DNA of 64,000 nucleotides from Leptogorgia sarmentosa (Eukaryota): NCBI GenBank assembly GCA_964658305.1, contig OZ210884.1, positions 992,001 to 1,056,000 of the forward strand, read 5' to 3'. Shown piece by piece: positions 49,108 to 62,307 of this stretch (position 1 is its first letter; each line of letters starts with the position of its first letter). The notes under the pieces were generated by a model. It saw only the letters and a program-made list of their open reading frames with translations, ran no database searches and was not told where the DNA came from. The position numbers and the translations under genes were made by a program.

Positions 49108-51385
49108 ATGTCGCCAATCACGATGCACGCTTTTCGTATTTTGTTATTTGCCCTAGGGAGTTTCGTGGTGAAAATCACGACTGCTATCAACTGTAACGGT
49201 CTTTCTGGGCTGTGTGATCTTCGCATTGACCAAGCGACCTTCCCAGGCAGCCACAACGCTGGATCTGGATTTGATGGGGTGCTATATTACTGGAGTGGTA
49301 TAGCAGCCTCTTCCTGTTTGTACCGCAACCAGGGCAAAACCTTCTCAGAACAACTGGAATTCGGTATTAGGTATTTTGACGTGGACACGTGCTACGGAAA
49401 AAATGAAGCATTGAATTGCCACTGTAGTGGAAGCGATGGAACTAATTGCGCTTACACTGGCTCTATCGAGAAAGGTCTTCGGCAGATTGACAACTGGATG
49501 AAGTCTCATGCTAACGAGGTTATGTTTAAAATTAAACAGCTACTACATGTAGTGTGTCTGAAAAAGAACAGATTCTTTGAAACTCAAATTATTCAAAATT
49601 ATAGTGATCCGATCTGAACTGCGTACGTTGCAAAAACGTGTTTTATTTACGAAAGAAATGCCCCATAACCAGGAAATCTTTTGTTTTAAGGCTCGCTAAA
49701 TGATTCGGAGCAATTATGTTCTGTCAGGGGTTAGCTTAAACGGTGGATAATCCAGAAGATCAAATTAAACAAGTCTATGTATTCCTTTAACTGTCAAAAT
49801 AATATTTCCCGATCTGAAAAGAATATCTATGTACACAACCGGCCCCAGATGAGTTCAATACAACATGCCTAATTTGAATTTCAAAGACTAGCCTTTTTTT
49901 GGACACCGGTAGAAACTATTTAAGGTGCACTTTTCGTTCACCGAACATGAACATGATCAGCATTCAAACGCCACACTCGTGGTGTGCTAAATTCAATTTT
50001 TTAAATTATATCATCAGTGTTTCTTCTGTAACACCCTTTCGGAAAGCATCATGTTTGTAAACTCGCAAGCAGAGGCGCCGGAACCACGGGGGGCAGCGGG
50101 GGCAGCTGCCCCCCCCCCCGCCTTTCGCTGACGGGGACAGCGGGGGCAGTTTTGCCCTTTGGCTATAAAGGTTGAATTCTTTTATCACCCTAATTGGAAG
50201 GTATAATAATGCGTCATATATATGCGATATTAATATACGAAATGCTAAATGCAAAAAAGTTTAATTTTTATTGCATTATCTTATGTCAAATAAGCAGTTC
50301 TGCTTATTTGCCAATGTAAAAATTGCCCTTTATAAAGATGTTGCCCCCCCCCCCCCCCTGCCCTGGATTGCTTCCGGCGCCTTTGCTCGCAAGCTAGGCT
50401 GAATTTCTGAGTTATTAAAAATTGCAATTTATTTTTTTATTTTAACAAAAATGTAAGCAAACATGGCAGAGAATGTTAAATTTCTGAATTTTATGAGTTA
50501 CTAACCGTCGCTAACTGCAGCGATAGAGTAATTCTTGTTGCACTAGCCTCGGTTTGGTACGTTTTGCGAAAGGTTGTGTTTAATATAATTATATACTTGA
50601 ATATAACATGAAATAGTTGTTGTTTAAGCGATAGGTATACGCTAGAACAAACATGCGTTTACTGCATGGCTATTCCAATATTACATAAATAGAAATACTT
50701 ATGTGCAGCAACCGCATTTTCGAAATACAGCAACTACATTGCTATACTCCGCTAACGTCTAACTATTTTTCAATTTAATCTTTCCGAAATTTAGGTTATC
50801 GTCATCCACTTTAACAACAACGCACAAAAAGATCATCGGGAAAAAATCGCCAAAAGCGTCGTGAAAGTTCTTTTGAAACTATGGCAACCGAACAACTTCC
50901 ATAAACTCGCAATGAACACCTATTACAAAACGAACTGGAAATGGCCAACGCTCGGCGAGGCAATACGCGCGAACCAAAGGATCTTCGTTTTCATGGACAA
51001 CAATTTAAGCCAACACTTATCACGGCGTAATAAATGGTTGGTCATGAGTAATGGCGTAATTGCATCCACATGGGATACCACTTCCGTAACCTCGAGTTGT
51101 TCAGGCATTACCGCGAATGCGAAGAAAAAATGTCGCCCGTATTCCGCCGATTTCATCGAATTATCAGCATTCGGGAGTTATGGTTTGTGCACTTGGGACA
51201 TGGCAACAGTATGTTCTCGTTGGCTGGGGCAGGCTGTAGAAGAGTGTCATAGCCAAAGAAAGGCAGCAGGAAAAACGGTCAACTTCTTACTTGTAGATTG
51301 GATTGATTACTTCAGTGGTCAAGAGTCTGTGATAAACAAAGCAAAATTCATGAATCAGAAAAATATTATGAGCTACTTGGGTTAG
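49108..51385 (+). CDS. Secreted PI-PLC X-domain / PLC-like phosphodiesterase, 2 exons, ~333 aa
   Basis: Exons 49108-49518 (GAG|gttatg) and 50795-51385 (tttag|GTT), phase 0. Hydrophobic signal peptide, CNG...[72 protein letters not shown]. The start could be 49123. Confidence 0.88.
50070..50385. mobile_element. hAT MITE in the PI-PLC intron
   Basis: TIRs cagaggcgccggaa / ttccggcgcctttg and exact 8-bp TSD ctcgcaag. Confidence 0.9.
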
Positions 51386-51468
51386 ACCGTTTTCTTTCCA
51401 GAGGCACTGATATACGTATATTATACAGTATGACTGGATAGTGCATCTGCTATGAATAAGTGAAGCCA

Positions 51469-51913
51469 ATGGCGGCCATATTGAATAGCCGCACCAAAAT
51501 CTAATTTGATGTTGTACAGGGGCCGGTTGGTCAAAGCTAGGTTTAGGCTAATCTTGGGTTAAAATTTAACCCAGTGTTTTAGTTTGTTCTGTTCAACACT
51601 TTACTTCGAAACTTCAAAGAAGGAAACTCTTAATGATCTGCACAAGATTTCTGAATAAAAATTTCTAAATTCATAAACAAACTGTTACTGACAGAATTTG
51701 CTTTGGATTTTTGGTTAACCCAGGGTTAATTAAACTAATCGGCTTTTGAACAACTCGCCTCAGAGGACCAGACGTCTAAAAATTTTTGATACACTTCAAG
51801 TTGCTGGTGAGAAAACCCCCTTGGATATTTTATTATCAAAATAGCCTTGTTTTAATTCTTCCCAAATTTGCCAATAAACGAAACTAATTGTGCCTATTCA
51901 ATATGGCCGCCAT
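51469..51913. mobile_element. TIR element with a nested Harbinger-type MITE, just 3' of the PI-PLC stop
   Basis: atggcggccatattgaatag / ctattcaatatggccgccat inverted 20-mers enclose ggggccggttg...caactcgcct (~51520-51760). Confidence 0.7.
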
Positions 51914-54516
51914 GATTGTGCTTTATTATATGGTGTTTGCTTTGTTCTGTAAGACTAGAATCGCTTCATAGCATACCAAAAGTTCAAAAGCATTTTGATT
52001 GATTTATAGCCTAGTTTAAAATATAGTTTAAAATTTGACACATTTATAATCCAATCTCATTAAAAATTCTCCGGGTTGAAAATTTGGTCGCTGAATACAA
52101 GAGGATGTCCAATCACTCACGCGAGAACCTACAGGTTCTTCATAGTTCGCACCATTCAAAGCGCGCGGGAAAGTCATATTGACGTTCTTGACTGGTCAGG
52201 CGCGTACAAACTTGCATCAACTCTGATCAAAGTTCAAATGAACTCTCGATGAGAGTTGATAAAGCCCGTTTTCCACTCACGTATTTCGTCGCCGCTAGTG
52301 AAAAATTTCGCCACCGAAAAATTTAATCCCTTGTTCTTCCGTCCCATCAGCTAAAGGTCTGACAAAAGTTGACCATTTTCAACAACTAGAGAGGCGGAAA
52401 AATTTCTTCAGTGCATGGGAATTGTATATAATTAAAAACGTGATTTCTTTCTCAATTTTTTTCGCCGGTGGCTGCGAAATAATGGAGTGGAAAACGAGCT
52501 TTAGAGTTGAGTTGGCGGTCAAACGCAAAAGCGAGAGTTGCAACTCTCATCAACTCACACCCTCGTTCGTCCGAGCCTTTTTTGGTATTGTTCCCAGTAT
52601 GGCAGATGTTGGGTAGATCGATTTTGCGGTGGTAATTTAATGCTGATATCTGGAAAAATAAAAGATTATTTCACTGTGACTACTAAGGATACTTAACATA
52701 ATTGATGCCAATGGCGGACACTTTGGTGGGACCACGTGCACCGGACTGTGGTGTTGCATGATGGTAAATTGGTAATATATAACATTCTGTGGAATAACGT
52801 GTAGTTAATTGCAAAACTTTCAATCTTTAATATCATTGTTGTCAATTTCCTGGACGCTGATTGGCTGAAAAGCTTCAACAACTGTGCAAATTAAACTTTA
52901 ATTTGCACACTGTGCAAATTAAACTTAATTGCACGGTTTGGAGCCCGCGATACATTGTAAAAACAAAGAAATAAACGCTTAAATCAACGCTAAACGCTGT
53001 CATTTATTGTCAACTTTGGACAAAAAAGGTTAGTGAACGTGTACTACAATGATATTAATACGAAATTACACTTGTTCTCGAAGTATTAAATGAAAAATTG
53101 CAATTGTGTTTGGCGAAATACCGCTCGTGCTTCGCACTCGCGGTATTTCGCCAAACACGCGTGCAATTTTTCATTAATACTTCTCGAACCGTGTAATTTC
53201 CTATACTAATTCTAGTTCTCGATCGAAAATTTCCCCAAGCTAAAACTTCTCGCTAGGTGTGTTTTATACTGAACACCTAACAGTGGTGCCTGCATTAAAA
53301 TTGCGCGGAATCTTATCATCCTGCGCAACCTCGCCATAAGCAACTACTTTATGGTTACTGTGTTTTAGACCCTGTTCATATGAGCGCAGGTCAACATGTT
53401 AACCTGGGACAAAAATGGTCTCAACCCGTTATGTAAAACTATACAGTTCTGTTCACATGGCATTTCAACTTGTGCCGGGATGAAAACTGCCGCGGGTGAC
53501 TCGCCTCTGGAGACAGGGACACTCGCGCTACCCAGACAAACTTACCGCATGTGAACGGCGCAACAGACTTTCATCCTTTGACGCAGAAACAACAGCGAGT
53601 GAATATTTTGCTGCAGTAGAGCGGCAATTCTGTCTAAATTAGCTAAAATTAAACAGCGCAAAACAAAGCGATATTTACATTGACTATTACATACTTTGAA
53701 TTGCATATTCCTTAGACTTTCAAATCGTTTCTGTTTAGCGCTAAACTGTACTGTACATAACTCTCGCAAATTTTTGAATATTCGTCCCGAGATGTGAACA
53801 CAAAAAATCTTAAAACTCCATGTCCCGGGATAGAATGTTGTCCCGAGATTATGTGAACCAGCCCTTAATGCCCTCATGGGAACCCACGGCAAGTTGTAAG
53901 AGTGGAGAAAAGCGCGCGAAAAACCAGCGCAGGGCGGGTAATTTTAAGGGGTTCTCTTGTAAGCAACATGATTGACGATCAGACCATCTATAAACAAAGA
54001 AATGTTTTACAAAAATAGCAACAACTAGCGCTATTATATAGTCTTGCAAGTTTTATTTTAAAGTTACATGCTAAATTTTTTCACGTGACATAATATGATC
54101 GCACAAAAGCAAAATTATAGTATTTATATTACTCACTTTAAGAACAAATCTAAGGGCCTGTTTAAATGATTCCCACTCACCCAGATTCAATGAAGTGTAA
54201 AATGATTTTGAGCTATTGAAATGAGTCGTAGCTAATTTATGATTTGAAGAAATGTTAATCTGCTGGTGCTGGTTGGTCAAGATTTTGTTCTGCTGAAATA
54301 TAAAGAGACAAAATGTTTTTGGCCATCGATTTTTGTAAAATATATCTTTTTTGTTGATCAGTACTAGAAGTGTCCTAACTTTGGTTGTTTCGTTTTATAA
54401 ACATGACTCATTTCAACACCTCAAGATCATTTGACGCTTCATTGAATCCCAGTTAAGCGGGATCATATAACCAGGCCCTATAAGATATCTATGTTGAATA
54501 TTAGCCGCCAAAAATA

Positions 54517-54710
54517 TCATATGAAAGGTTGTGCAAGCTCATAATGGTTGGCCTGAAGTCTAAACTTAACACAATTGACATATTGTTGAGTGACGTCATC
54601 ATAGTTATGTGTCGCGCCTTCAGTGAACCAATTTTCACCATACGTTCGGCGCAGATATTCGTCAGCATTGGCAGGACAGTTAAGTTCGATATCCCCGAAT
54701 AATCTCTTTG
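54517..54710 (-). pseudogene. LicD/fukutin-related phosphotransferase C-terminal fragment
   Basis: RLFGDIELNCPANADEYLRRTYGENW matches the F.G...P.....YL...YG.W C-terminal signature. No acceptor site or upstream exons found. Confidence 0.5.
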
Positions 54711-55019
54711 CCATTCTATCTAACTTTTTTTTTCTTATTTTTTTGCACCCGCTCAGAGAAAAACATGAAAATCTGCCCCTGAACATAACCCTAACCATGG
54801 CTGTCTAACCCTCACCACAACCCCAAGGATCAAGACCCTGGGAATGAGGTTGGCCTAACCACTGAAAACGGTTTGAGAGAGTGTGAAAAAAAACTGTCTA
54901 CAAACTTCAAGAAGTGAGCAACCCGAGTCAAAACCCTGCAGCCTTTGTTTGGCTTAACAACTCACATGTAGTACATGGCTCTACCAAACACTCTTAAATA
55001 GCTACACAGGTGCATGAAA

Positions 55020-55265
55020 ATCTCACAAGTTGTCAATCCACAAGATGTGTTCACAACAAGCGCGTAGCAAGCCTGTCAACAGGTTCTAACAATGCTGTTG
55101 TTTTGACAAGTTGCTACAAGCTTGTCACTCACAACCTGTTAACAAGTTGTTGAATTTCAAGACGATGATAACAAGTTGTTAGAACAAGCTTGTAGTAAGT
55201 CTGTAGAGTCAACAAGCTTGTAGCAAGTCCGCTGCAGCCTGCAGGTTTGTCGCAACTTGTGCGTT
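55020..55265. repeat. Element with multiple acaagttg/acaagcttg subrepeats
   Basis: At least eight copies of acaag(t/c)ttg-like motifs. Confidence 0.65.
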
Positions 55266-56915
55266 TTTACGTGCGAAGCTAGCTGGAAATTCTCCAAGAC
55301 ATGTACAATCAATAACAAAAATAAACATATATCTAAATATGATATGTAATACAAGACAAAGGAATTCGAAGTAGCAGGGTAACCGCAACACGCATGTACG
55401 ACACACAATAAAACGCATGCATGCACGACATTATGACGTAATTTAGTGGTACATTGAAAATTGTATGACAATATGCAAATGACTTCCTCAAAGAAAGGAA
55501 GCGTTGTTGTTTACAATGCAAGCGGCTGTGCCCAGAAATTTTCTTTGGGATCACTTTTTTTGGGATACTTAGTAACAGCGCGTACTTTATATTATGTTGT
55601 ATTGAAAAATCTGTTCATAAAAAGTCTTTTTACCGGCAATTTTGTCGATCTTCTTTGGCTCAGAGGTTCTGGTCCCGACCAGGCGATCCCAGGTTCGAAT
55701 CTCGAGTGTTGGTTTATATAGTCTTGTTTGTTTTCTTTCAAGTTTTTTTCTCAACATTTTTGTTGTTAGGGTCAGAATTAGTGTTTGGGTTAGAAAAGAG
55801 AAGACGACAGTTTTTGTTTACAATCAGAATTACGATATAACATTCTTGACACAGTAGCTCGCGAGGAAAGTGAGCCCAAAATAAATTTGTGCTGGCTACG
55901 CTTACCTAGCCTGAAATGGGTATGTACTTCATGTGACCCCACGGTAAATATTGACACTAATTGTACCACTGTATTCCAAACTTTACCGCGCCCCAAATCA
56001 TAACTTAACACCGTTTCCAGCCCAAACCATAGCCCTAATCTTAAATCTAACCCTAGCCCTAATACAAACCCACACGCGCGTGATACATTATAATCTGGGG
56101 TCACGTGAAGTAACTCCCCTGAAATGTCAGACGGGCGCTGTCTCTGTTATCCTAGGAGCGGCATAACGCCTGATATTTCAGGCTAGCGCTTACCCGGTCC
56201 GGCTGTCCGATAAAAATACGAATAAATAATAAAATGATTATTGAATTCGGTTCTCGTAAAATATGTTCAATTATTAATTAGTCATTGGTTTGTGTTGTCT
56301 GCCTCAGCCTTCAGCTTTGGGGGTAATTTAGCCCCTACACACTTTATTGCCCCCCCCCCTTCTCTTTGGGCCCTGTAAGCACACTTTTTATGTATGCTAC
56401 CAATACCATGGTTCGATTGCATTTTTCATTGTGGATTGTCGCTCAATTGTCTAGCTTGTTTCCAAGAATGAAATATATGCAAATAGAATAGGCCACAGTA
56501 TAGAATAGGAAAGTGAGGTTAAAGTTAACATTTTTATTTTAATATACTTTTCAGGGACGGGATATTTAAATTTTCTGAGGGGTGAAATTGGCCCAGCAGC
56601 AACCCTTTCAGAGGTTGTTGTCATGGCGGGCAACACGACAAGGACATTATCCTTTTGTTGATTATGTTACAAAAATACTCGATCTGCATTATACTGGTTT
56701 CCCATGCATACAGAAGAAAGCACCCGAAGTGTAAACGACCGGATCCAAAACAACTGAATAAAACATCATAAACAACAAATAATAATAATAATAATAATAA
56801 ATCAGAATACATCAGTTAATGAATCCAGAACTTTTATTCTAGTGGAAACGGGGTCAGAGGAGAACAACTTGATTTGACTTGAACACGCTTAATTTTGGGA
56901 GAACATGAGTTACAC

Positions 56916-59660
56916 TTAAATTATTTCCACATATACATTAATTGTGTTACCTTTTTGTATACTCTTTCGTACACTCTTTATACCCCAACCAGAGTTTTTA
57001 GCGGTAAAGAAGGATTTTCCTATATTAACTGTTCCTGAAGCGAATAAATTTGACTTAGCCGTGAAACGCAGAGACAAGCAGGCCTTACCCTTCAAATTAA
57101 GGACACGGAGATAAATACCGCAATTGCTCAAATCCTTCGAATAACTCAGCTGAAGATTCATGGGATATCCCTGACACCAAAATGTATCTGAATAAACAGA
57201 GGTCTCTGGAAAGGTCGATAATTTTTCGTCCATTTTTTCATCAATTACCCACGAAAAAGCTGGACTAACAGCGTTTACTACCAATCGTTCTTTTGGCTTC
57301 GGTTCGAGTTGTTCCCGCCTACTCGATGAAAATCCGTGATATGCCAAGCCTTCAATAAAGTATTTGTTGAATCCAGGCATTCGCCGGGCCTCAGAATGAT
57401 CTCGTACTACATCGTACAAGAAATCTATAGACATGAACTCAAATCTCACAAGATCTAACAGATCACATTTCTGGCGTTCGAACCAAGGGATATTAGTGCG
57501 AACCCATTTCATCAATGCAACAAATATCGTGTTTTCCGATCGAGTGCCTAAATCGTCACTTCTCAGAAGAAGCCTCAACGCAGCTTTAGAAAGACTAGTA
57601 AACTTTTCTAAAGTCCAAGTGTCGTCAATTGGTGTGAATTCCTTGACAAGGAACTTCTCGAGCATATCGTAAATATCAGCCGTGTCGGAAAGATGTTCTG
57701 TTTCTTTAGCAATATATTCACACATCTCCAAGCTCGGTGTTGTTGACAACAGAACATACTTGCACTTCTTAACAACATTGCGAACATCATACTTGTGTGC
57801 AAGGACGAGGACTTGGACAACAAGATGATAGTCTTTGTCACTTAGCACATCAAATTTGTACATCGCTTCAATCAAGGTTTTATGAGCTTCAAGTTCATGT
57901 TCATAGATCTTCATGACCACCTCCCTGCAATAAGTTTCCTTCATACCAGAATAAAAGAGCGCTTTGAAATAAGGACTTTGGACTGCAAGCCACTGACTGT
58001 GAACGAAGAGTTTGAACAGTGTGGATTTGTTTTCATCATCTGCCACTCCGCTGATATCGCTTCCAAGGTCATTTTTACCACATTTCCCCCCTTGCTTTTG
58101 TTCTCTGCCTTCCGTCTTTTCTTTGCCTCCAATTTCTGCTTCGTCCGTTGTCTCTGGTTTGCTTTCCGGCTCTGCGGTGATTTCTGTGTCTATTAGGTCT
58201 TCCGTGGGTGCTGTGGCTTCAGTCTTAACCGGCAATTCCACGACGTCATTTTTGTCTATTAAAAAATTAGAATTACGATTATCAGGGTTAATTAATCTGA
58301 GAAGTTGCTCGCTCAATCTGACGAAAACGTAGGCTCGTTCTGGGCAGGGACCGCGGAACAGGGGGGTACTGGGGCACGGTGCCCCCCCCTTTTTGAAAAC
58401 GAGAAAATGTGCTCTTTTTTCGATTAGATTTGTGCCCTTTTTGTGTTATATAAAGCCTTTTGTGTCATATATTGTGCGCTTGAAATAATAATGTAATTAA
58501 TCATTGATGTCAGTATTTTACAGCATTGGGGGCAAGTGCCCCCCAATTTTGGACAAAGGGTAAATGTGCCCTTTTTTTGAAAGGAAAGTGCCCTTTTTCA
58601 TCCGTGCCCTTTTTTATTGTGCCCCCCCCCCACTTTTGAGGTGCTTCCGCGGCCCCTGGTTTTGGGACTCAGAATTTTCAAAGCAAACAACAAACATTAT
58701 CCTAAAATACAGAAATGTAGATTTGATCCTCGAACGGCGCGATTTTTGTCGGTCGATTTCTGTCGAGTGTCGACCGATGAAATTCTTGCGTGCGCGGCTG
58801 CACTTTCAGGCTAATGCCATGCTTGTGGTACATTTTTCGCTTATTAGCCCATCATACACTTGTACGCACGCGCACAATTCCGAACCGCAAGGAGTACTCC
58901 AGTGACATATTCAGTTCAGTTTCAAAATGGCGACTTTTCACTGAGCGATCTAATCACTGTCTAAATGATATATATTTCACGCAGTTTTGATGAATTTTCA
59001 AAGAATTGTGCCGGTTTCCTATCTTAGTGACCTTCCAGCTAATTCAATTAAGGCTGTCCTCTGAAAACCACAAACTTATAAATATTACATATTACAGGCC
59101 AGTGCATGTGAATGCCTGAGCAGGCGCTTGTTCAAATTAGTCTCATCTTGTCAATCCGTCAACAGCCGGGCTGAAAACTCCCCATGTAATCTGCCCCTTA
59201 GACGAGCGATACGTAGTTATCGTTGTTACGCTGGAACACGAGCAGAAGCTATTCTGAATTCCCACAGGAGCTTAGCGCTTATCTTGCTACAACCACTCAA
59301 GTACTACGTATATTATAATTTGAATGATATATTTTTGGCAAAATTACATTCCAACAAGCTCATAGCAACATTACCATTTATTGATGCTTGAGTATGTTGA
59401 GTATCCTCACATGTTTGAGAATGTTGTAGATCGGTTTCATGCCCGAGCACATCAGCATTAACACATATCTTTCTCCAGGAATCACTTTCAGAATCGTGTT
59501 TTGCGATTAATCCTTCGCCTTTAATATATTCAAAACAAAGCACTCGATCATGAATGTCACTACAATTGAACTCTGAGGCGAATATATCTGAAAACTCGCG
59601 TAAATCAGCGATTGTAATCTTGTTCAAGCGATCAACAACTGGACCTTTTTCGTTCGCCAT
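56916..59660 (-). CDS. BTB/POZ-BACK domain protein (POB1/LRB-like), 2 exons, ~541 aa
   Basis: Exon 1 59375-59660 (AAT G|gtaatg) joins exon 2 56916-58255 (ctaattttttaatag|AC) in phase 1. BTB motifs FNCSDIHDRVL...LFVHSQWLAVQSPYFKALFYSGMKE, AHKYDV; BACK motifs LLRSDDL..SENTIFVALMKWV, LLDLVRFEFM; MATH-like beta C-terminus. Confidence 0.88.
58345..58658. mobile_element. hAT MITE in the BTB gene intron
   Basis: TIRs cagggaccgcggaa / ttccgcggcccctg and 8-bp TSD gttctggg/gttttggg (one mismatch). Confidence 0.85.
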
Positions 59661-60231
59661 GATTTTTATCAATGTACTTACTTAATGAATACTTCATTTA
59701 GTACTCCTAGAACCTATTGATTAGGAGCCACGCGCATTTTAACGCGTGCCCCGCGCGGAAAGCACTCATACAGAGGTGTAACTGTTGTACCCAGTATTTT
59801 TGGGCGCATGCTCGGCACGGTTACTAGATGCGTGCATTTGATTGGATGACGACCTAATGACGACTAAATTTAAACTTGCCAAGCATGCGCAGTTGATCAT
59901 TTTTTTCCGATCGCATTGAAAAAAAAGTGGGTACATGAAATGTTACTTTAATTATATTAAATTTATTGAGTTACACCTCTGTATGATACTCTGTGCCTTG
60001 ACGGTCTGGTGTTCTTCGGTAATTATCTTCGGAAATACAATACTTGATACATTAGGTATCGTCAAGGGTCATCGGGGGACGATCGCCGCACGTTCGGAAG
60101 TTTACGAACCTCCAGGTAGCCTGACCCTATGTTATTAAGTGCTCTCCGTTTCGCGCACGGCCACAAGGCCCTTAGGGTGAGGATGAATTATGAATTATGA
60201 TTACAAAAATTATTACTAATTTATGACTGGG

Positions 60232-60925
60232 TTACCCACATGGTAGGACGAATGTTGGAATATATAGCACCACAAAACAAGCGACTGCCAGCAAGCAACT
60301 CCATATGTTTTTCGAAGAAAACGTTTTTTTCATCTCCGGCGATATTCCGTTGTTTCTACGATTTTTCCTGGCGATTTTGAACAATTTGTGGTTGATGAAT
60401 ATCATGGGAGGAGAAATAATGAGAAGAGAAACCAGTAGAGCTACTGCGTGGGTAATAACAAAGTTGTTTATGGTCATTAGTAGTATAATAAGCCCACCAA
60501 CATTCAGTGTTCCAAGAAGAGTTAAAAGTTTTCTCTTTGTTACCGATGTTCTATGTTTGATAGGATAATAATGTCGCCAAATATCGATCAAAATTCATCA
60601 CCAAAAGAGCGAATAAAGAAAAACCAACAAAAACGTTTGATAATCTTGTGAAAATATCTGGCCAGCTGTGGTATGCATCAAACTTTTCAGTCAACCATAA
60701 CATCGCGACCAGAGCCGTCAATGGATGATGAGTTAAAACCACAAGCAATTCGCAACACGACAAGACCATTATCATGAAATGACACAGTTTCTTTCGAAGT
60801 TGCACTGACCTCCAAAAACTGATGACGACCAAGGAATTTAAACATATTCCTGAGAAGAAGAACTACACGTTCAAAACAAAGACGAATATCAGGTTGATGA
60901 AATAGCTGAGCTCCATACATATCAC
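60232..60925 (-). pseudogene. Rhodopsin-class GPCR pseudogene (copy B)
   Basis: MELSYFINL.. with an in-frame TAG after VLNV, MNFDRYLA (DRY motif), a frameshift after DRYLAT, and truncation after TM6. Confidence 0.85.
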
Positions 60926-61414
60926 TTATGCGGTGACGTCCGAAGGATTGAAGACAACATACAGTTATAGAGCAGATGGTCATAATTTAGCTATTATGTA
61001 AATGATATTTCTAAAATGCACTGTAAATATATTTTAAAATACAGATCTGACGCCTCTGAGCGTTCTTAACTTTTTTTGAACGACAAAGCCAATAAAGAAA
61101 GAAGATAGTTTTCTACGAGCAATTCCTCTTTCTCTACAGCAGTCCCTAATCTATGCAACTATGACTTCTTGATGTAGTTATATAGTTTTACTGGATAGGC
61201 GGCAACCACAGACAAATAAGTACTTTAGGAGTTTAGGTTTCCAATCTTAGGCAGCTGCCATCTGCACTAAGCTTCTATAGTTTCTAAACTGTTGCCATGT
61301 TTCGAAGAATTTGTTGTCGTTATACTTAGTTGTTCTTCTTCAAACTTGAATATAGTTTTTCTCTTATTTCTCCACTGTTTTTCATCTTTGTTCATTATGG
61401 CCAAACTAGGAAGT

Positions 61415-62196
61415 CTAGGATTCGACTTTTCGAGGTATTTTTATGCTTTTAACAACCTTCATTCCCTCCGTGCGCAAAGTGTTGTTTTTCCAGTAAAAGA
61501 TCAAACAGTTGAATGTTGAATTCATTGAAGCAATGGTTCTAACCCAGAGTGCTACAAGTTCAGCGTCATCTAAAGTTGAATCATCTTTCTTTGATGTTAT
61601 TTTTAGTCCACCGTAGATGAACACTGGAATGGAAAGTACCACAAAACAAGCGACTGCCAGCAAGCAACTCGATATGTTTTTCCAAGAAAACGTTTTTTCC
61701 ATTTCCGGCGTGATATTCCGTTGTTTCTACGATTTTTCCGGGCGATTCTGAACAGGTTGTAGTTGATGAATATCATGGGAGGAGAAATAATGATAAAAGC
61801 AATCAGTACAGTTACCGATGTTCGATGTTTGATGGGATAATATGTCGCCAAATATCGATCAAAATTCATCACCAAAAGAGCGACTAAAGAAAGTCCACCG
61901 ACAAAATTAGATAACCTTCTGAAAATATGCCCCCAGCTATAATATCCATCAAACTTTTCAGTCAACCATAACATTGCGATAAGAGCCACGTATGGATGAT
62001 GAGTTAAAACCAGAAGCAAATCGCAACAAGACAAAACCATTATCATGAAATAACACAATTTCTTTCGGAGTTTCACTGACCACCAAAAACTGATTACGAC
62101 CAAGGAATTTGAACAAATTCCTGAGGAAAAGAACAACACGTTCAAAACAAAGATGAATAATAGGTTGATGAAATGACTGAGCTCCATACTTATCAC
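61415..62196 (-). pseudogene. Rhodopsin-class GPCR pseudogene (copy A)
   Basis: MNFDRYLATYYP and TM7 MNSTFNCLIFYW are present. Relative to copy B the TM4 region is deleted, and there is a frameshift near 61710. Confidence 0.8.
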
Positions 62197-62307
62197 TTAT
62201 GCGCCATAATGACGTCGGAATGATTGAACACAACATACAGTTATAGAGCAGATGATCATAATTTAAGTTATAGGTAGCACTTCAGGATAACGAACAAGAG
62301 CAGCAAC

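Noticed and set aside
55655..55705. tRNA-like sequence with ggttcgaatc (also ~8960-9010, ~12065 and 32233-32300)
   Set aside because: B-box present but no complete cloverleaf or acceptor stem. Better explained as SINE heads.
58256..58316. TTG start for the 466-aa BTB ORF, or a MITE disrupting its coding region
   Set aside because: A strong phase-1 acceptor at 58256/58255 joins the upstream exon, so this stretch and the MITE are intronic.
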